Source: an uncultured delta proteobacterium (GTDB lineage Bacteria > Desulfobacterota > Desulfobacteria > Desulfobacterales > JAHEIW01). Taken from it: 64,000 nt of DNA. Positions 60,811-64,000 of the stretch are shown here, in pieces (positions within the stretch are counted from its first letter, which is position 1; every line of letters starts with the position of its first letter). Both the position numbers and the translations under genes were made by a program. Where the stretch lies: assembly GCA_963706575.1 (NCBI GenBank), contig CAVPNL010000006.1:926519-990518 (forward strand). The letters are read 5' to 3'. The notes below the pieces were generated by a model. It was given only the letters and a program-made list of their open reading frames with translations. It was not told the origin of the DNA and did no database searches.

Positions 60811-61956
60811 TCAATTATACTGCTTGATCAATTCACGAAAAATAACCAATTTTTGTACATCCTGGGTGCCCTCACCCAGTGACGATGCCCAGGCATCCAT
60901 GGGGAATTTGTGAATGGGGTGTTCCCGGATGACCGAAGCAGCCCCAAAGATATCTGCCGCCCAGGTGGTCACCTTGCGGGCAATTTCCACGGCCAGGTAT
61001 TTTGCCAGAGAAGATTCCCGCCGAAAATTTTTATTTTGATCTATTTTCCAGCAAGCCTTCCAGAGCATCAGACGGGCTGCTTCAATTTTGGCATAAAAGT
61101 CAGCTGCTTCAAAATTTTTTGCCTGAAAATCCGTAATGGTCTGGCCGAATATTTTACGCTTTGCGGCATGTTCGAGGGCCAGTTCAAACGCGCCCACAGC
61201 CGTTCCCAGGGTCATCGCAGCAATGGGAACCCGGCTGTTGGTAAATACGGTCAGTACCTGCTGCAGTCCCTGCGCCTGATCTCCTAAAAGATGATCTTCG
61301 GGTACGAACACATCATTAAACTGCAGGCGGGTCAGATCGGACGGAATCCAGACCTGTTTATTCAGTTTTGTTTTCTTAACCCCCTCCGACTGCAGATCCA
61401 CCAGATACATGGACAAGCGGTTGTTTCTCGATGCCTGGGAATCTGACACCGCCGTAATCACCGCCAGATCGCTGATGAATCCGTTCGTTACGTAGGCTTT
61501 TGTGCCATTGAGCCGCCAGCCGCCTTTAACCTTTTGGGCGCGCATCGCGATGCCGGCGACATCGCTGCCGGCCATTCGCTCGGTGTTGCCAAGACACATC
61601 AGCGTTTCTCCCAAGGCCGCGAATTTGCCATAACGCTCCTTAAGATTATCAGAGCCGAACAGGAACAGCGCCATCAGCCCTAAATCGATTTGGGCCAGTG
61701 CAGCCACAGCCACCCCAGGTGATACCTTTGCCAATTCCTCGGCTATTAACGCTTCCCTTAAGGCGGATCCTCTGGTCAGACGGCCTTCTTTTAACTCCAT
61801 TCCATACCAGCCGTCGGTTCCCATTTCGCGAAAAAATTCAACGGGGATTTCCTGGCGTTGATACCATCCCGGCAGTTCTGAAATAATGCGATCCTTGATA
61901 AATTTTTTAAAGCTTATTATCTCCTCGGATAGGGAGTGGGGGATTGAAAAATCCAT
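60811..61956 (-). CDS. Acyl-CoA dehydrogenase family protein
   Basis: TE..AGSDV, LNGTKAYVTNG, RKIFG, SLAK, GEGT..VQK. Confidence 0.93.
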   Translation of the reverse strand: MDFSIPHSLSEEIISFKKFIKDRIISELPGWYQRQEIPVEFFREMGTDGWYGMELKEGRLTRGSALREALIAEELAKVSPGVAVAALAQIDLGLMALFLFGSDNLKERYGKFAALGETLMCLGNTERMAGSDVAGIAMRAQKVKGGWRLNGTKAYVTNGFISDLAVITAVSDSQASRNNRLSMYLVDLQSEGVKKTKLNKQVWIPSDLTRLQFNDVFVPEDHLLGDQAQGLQQVLTVFTNSRVPIAAMTLGTAVGAFELALEHAAKRKIFGQTITDFQAKNFEAADFYAKIEAARLMLWKACWKIDQNKNFRRESSLAKYLAVEIARKVTTWAADIFGAASVIREHPIHKFPMDAWASSLGEGTQDVQKLVIFRELIKQYN

Positions 61957-62540
61957 GGTTGCTCCTTTAGCTTCCGATTAAACAGGTTCAGTGCTGTAAA
62001 GGTGTGAAGGCAAATATCCGCTTTGATCCGGTAGATTAAACAATATAGACATAAACATATCAAAAACAAGGCAATTCGGAATTTGAAAACCGGTAGCCCT
62101 TTTATTAGTCGTGATGGTGACATAGGCCTTACGATTAACCCCAGCATCATGCTAACATTTTGATTTTTATATGTAAGTCCCTGTGATCTCTATGCTGAAC
62201 CGCAACCATGTATTTTCATGTTTTACAAAAGATTATCCTTGGTACGCTTTTATGCAGGAACGCTTCGATCTCTGACTTAATTATGATTTACAAAAATGCT
62301 TTAAAATAGTACATAAAATAAGTTATATTGGATAATGCAATCAGATCGGTAAAATGGTTTCCATTTTAAGTCATAAAAGCTGAACCAGATTTTACGGTCA
62401 TCCAAATACGACAACCCTTATTTCAATGCACTAAGAAAACCGGTTCCAAAAATTTGCAGCTCACCCTGCGGTTTTGCTGGATAACTTTAGGCCTGAGGAA
62501 TTAACGTCGTCTTCATGTTGAACAGGCATTGGAGGGGATT

Positions 62541-62773
62541 ATGGAACTTAAAGATTGATTCAACACATTGCGGAGGTACTGGAAGACAGCCCGGAGCAGG
62601 TGACGGTCACAGCACTCGAAGGCAGTCAGGCTACCGTATTGGAACTCAAAGTGGCCAAAGAAGATCTGGGGAAAATTATCGGCAAACAAGGGCGTACGGC
62701 CAAAGTCATTCGTACGATTTTGGGCAAAGCACGGCCAAGCAGACACAAAGCGTACCGTTCTTTAAATTGTTGA
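62541..62773 (+). CDS. KH-domain RNA-binding protein (KhpA-like), frameshifted near both ends
   Basis: LELKVAKEDLGKIIGKQGRTA..IRTIL; GGAGG RBS before ATG 62541. Confidence 0.8.
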
Positions 62774-62869
62774 ATAGTTGGAAGGACAACATGTCCTTCT
62801 TTTAAAAGCCCCAATAGCTCAAAGAAAATTGGTGAACGGCGCGGTTCGGCGAAAAAAGTGAGCAATAAA

Positions 62870-62963
62870 ATCGCGGCTGGAGCCACTCCGACTATTTTAT
62901 TTATCATCACAACGTCCTGTTTTATGTGATTACAAAAATTGTGGAGCGGCATCTTGCCGCGAT
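62870..62963. repeat. REP-like inverted pair
   Basis: atcgcggctggagccactcc ... ggagcggcatcttgccgcgat. Confidence 0.6.
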
Positions 62964-63203
62964 CAATGAGCGGCTTTCTTTCTCCTTAACGACAAATTCC
63001 TCAAAATTTGGCCCCGCGCCCTCAGAGGTGTACGATCATAATGACGGATTCACCAACGTCCCAATTCTCCAAAATCGGCTTTGGATGTAATGAGAGTCCG
63101 GCCTTTAGCGACATGAATTATAATCATCTCAAACCGATTTTCTTCTGTAAAGACTTTTCGAATCAATTAATTGAGTGGCCGGGAAGTTTTTTCTTTTGAG
63201 CTT

Positions 63204-63276
63204 GTCATTCCCGCGCAGGCGGGAATCGAGAAACACCTTGCGGAAAAAATCTGGAGGCCTGCCTGCGCGGCAATGA
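63204..63276. repeat. REP-like element (GTCATTCCCGCG family)
   Basis: gtcattcccgcgcaggcgggaatc ... gcctgcgcggcaatga. Confidence 0.7.
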
Positions 63277-63406
63277 TGGTAAAAGTTGCCCGCCCACTAA
63301 ACGAATTATATTTAGGAGTGTCGTACTAAGCAAAAACTGCATCATAATTATTTTGTATGTTTGAGCAGACGAAAGCAAAGAAGCAAAGAGAAGAAGGAGT
63401 AAGGCG

Positions 63407-64000
63407 ATGCCGCGCAAAAAAATAACGATTTCCGAGAAAGTCGAATATCTTTCCATTTGGATGGAAGGGGAGAGCTGGCAAAAAGCTCGAGCCGGGCATC
63501 CCCAAAGACGTTCTTCTGCATGGCATCGGGCGATGCTTTTGGGGCGCAAGTTTGATGAGTGCTTGCTGAATCTTCAAGGCAGGTCATCGGCACCTTTCCG
63601 CCCATAAAAGGCCAGGAAGCCGCGCAGTCGGCACCATCGCCCATCTGCTTGAGCCAACGGACGGTCTGCCTTCCGCGGCAGCCTGCTGAGTGTGTAGATC
63701 CCTTGAAAGTATTATCATTTACAACAACGGGTATAACGAGGGAATCGATATTCCCGAGGACCGAAAAGTGATATCTCCACATCGGTGCCCGTGGGGCTTC
63801 TAATTATTCACGCGGTCGGATGGGGGTGGGCCTGGATATAGCCGCGAGAAAGATGACGTGGCCATGGCGTTTTTCGGTGATGGTGCAACTTCACAGGGAG
63901 ATTTCCATGTAAGGCTTAAATTTTGACCTTGGTTTTCCAGCTTCCGTGGTTCTGTTTGCAAAGAAAATCACTCGGCCATTTCGATACCCCTTCCAAGCAG
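63407..64000 (+). pseudogene. pdhA: Pyruvate/2-oxoacid dehydrogenase E1 alpha-like gene with many frameshifts; runs off window
   Basis: Fragments VEYLSI, HRAMLLGRKFDE.LLNLQ, IGTFPPIKGQEAAQ, AFFGDGATSQGDFH in different frames. Confidence 0.75.

Noticed and set aside
61960..63200. Additional small genes or ncRNA in AT-rich DNA around the KH gene
   Set aside because: No recognisable motif, and sequence quality appears poor near the window end

Overview
Chromosomal window from a Desulfobacterales-like anaerobic deltaproteobacterium (inferred from gene content). From left to right: (1) a type II secretion cluster (gspL-K-J-I-H-G and gspF, minus strand), interrupted by two plus-strand genes encoding an IHF/HU-pentapeptide-repeat fusion and a GspC homologue with five tandem IS481-like helix-turn-helix repeats; (2) housekeeping and accessory enzymes; (3) a sigma54 activator facing a cytochrome b gene; (4) feoAB with a DtxR-family regulator; (5) a minus-strand operon of Tat-exported Fe-S protein, membrane anchor, an unannotated 54-aa putative selenoprotein, ECF sigma and zinc-finger anti-sigma, where the putative SECIS hairpin overlaps the only evident Shine-Dalgarno of the sigma gene; (6) an inserted block with a second ECF sigma; (7) copA/cysQ/copZ; (8) a ~13 kb oxidative/nitrosative-stress and electron-carrier cluster with a Crp/Fnr (HcpR-like) regulator; (9) a DUF2318-ABC-TlpA operon; (10) archease-rtcB-usp; (11) a degraded pyruvate dehydrogenase E1 alpha-like gene at the end. 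No rRNA, tRNA, CRISPR or intact transposase was seen. Intergenic DNA is dense in MITE-like and short-unit inverted repeats. Several single-base indels at homopolymers look like sequencing errors. All family assignments come from motif recognition by eye, not from database searches.
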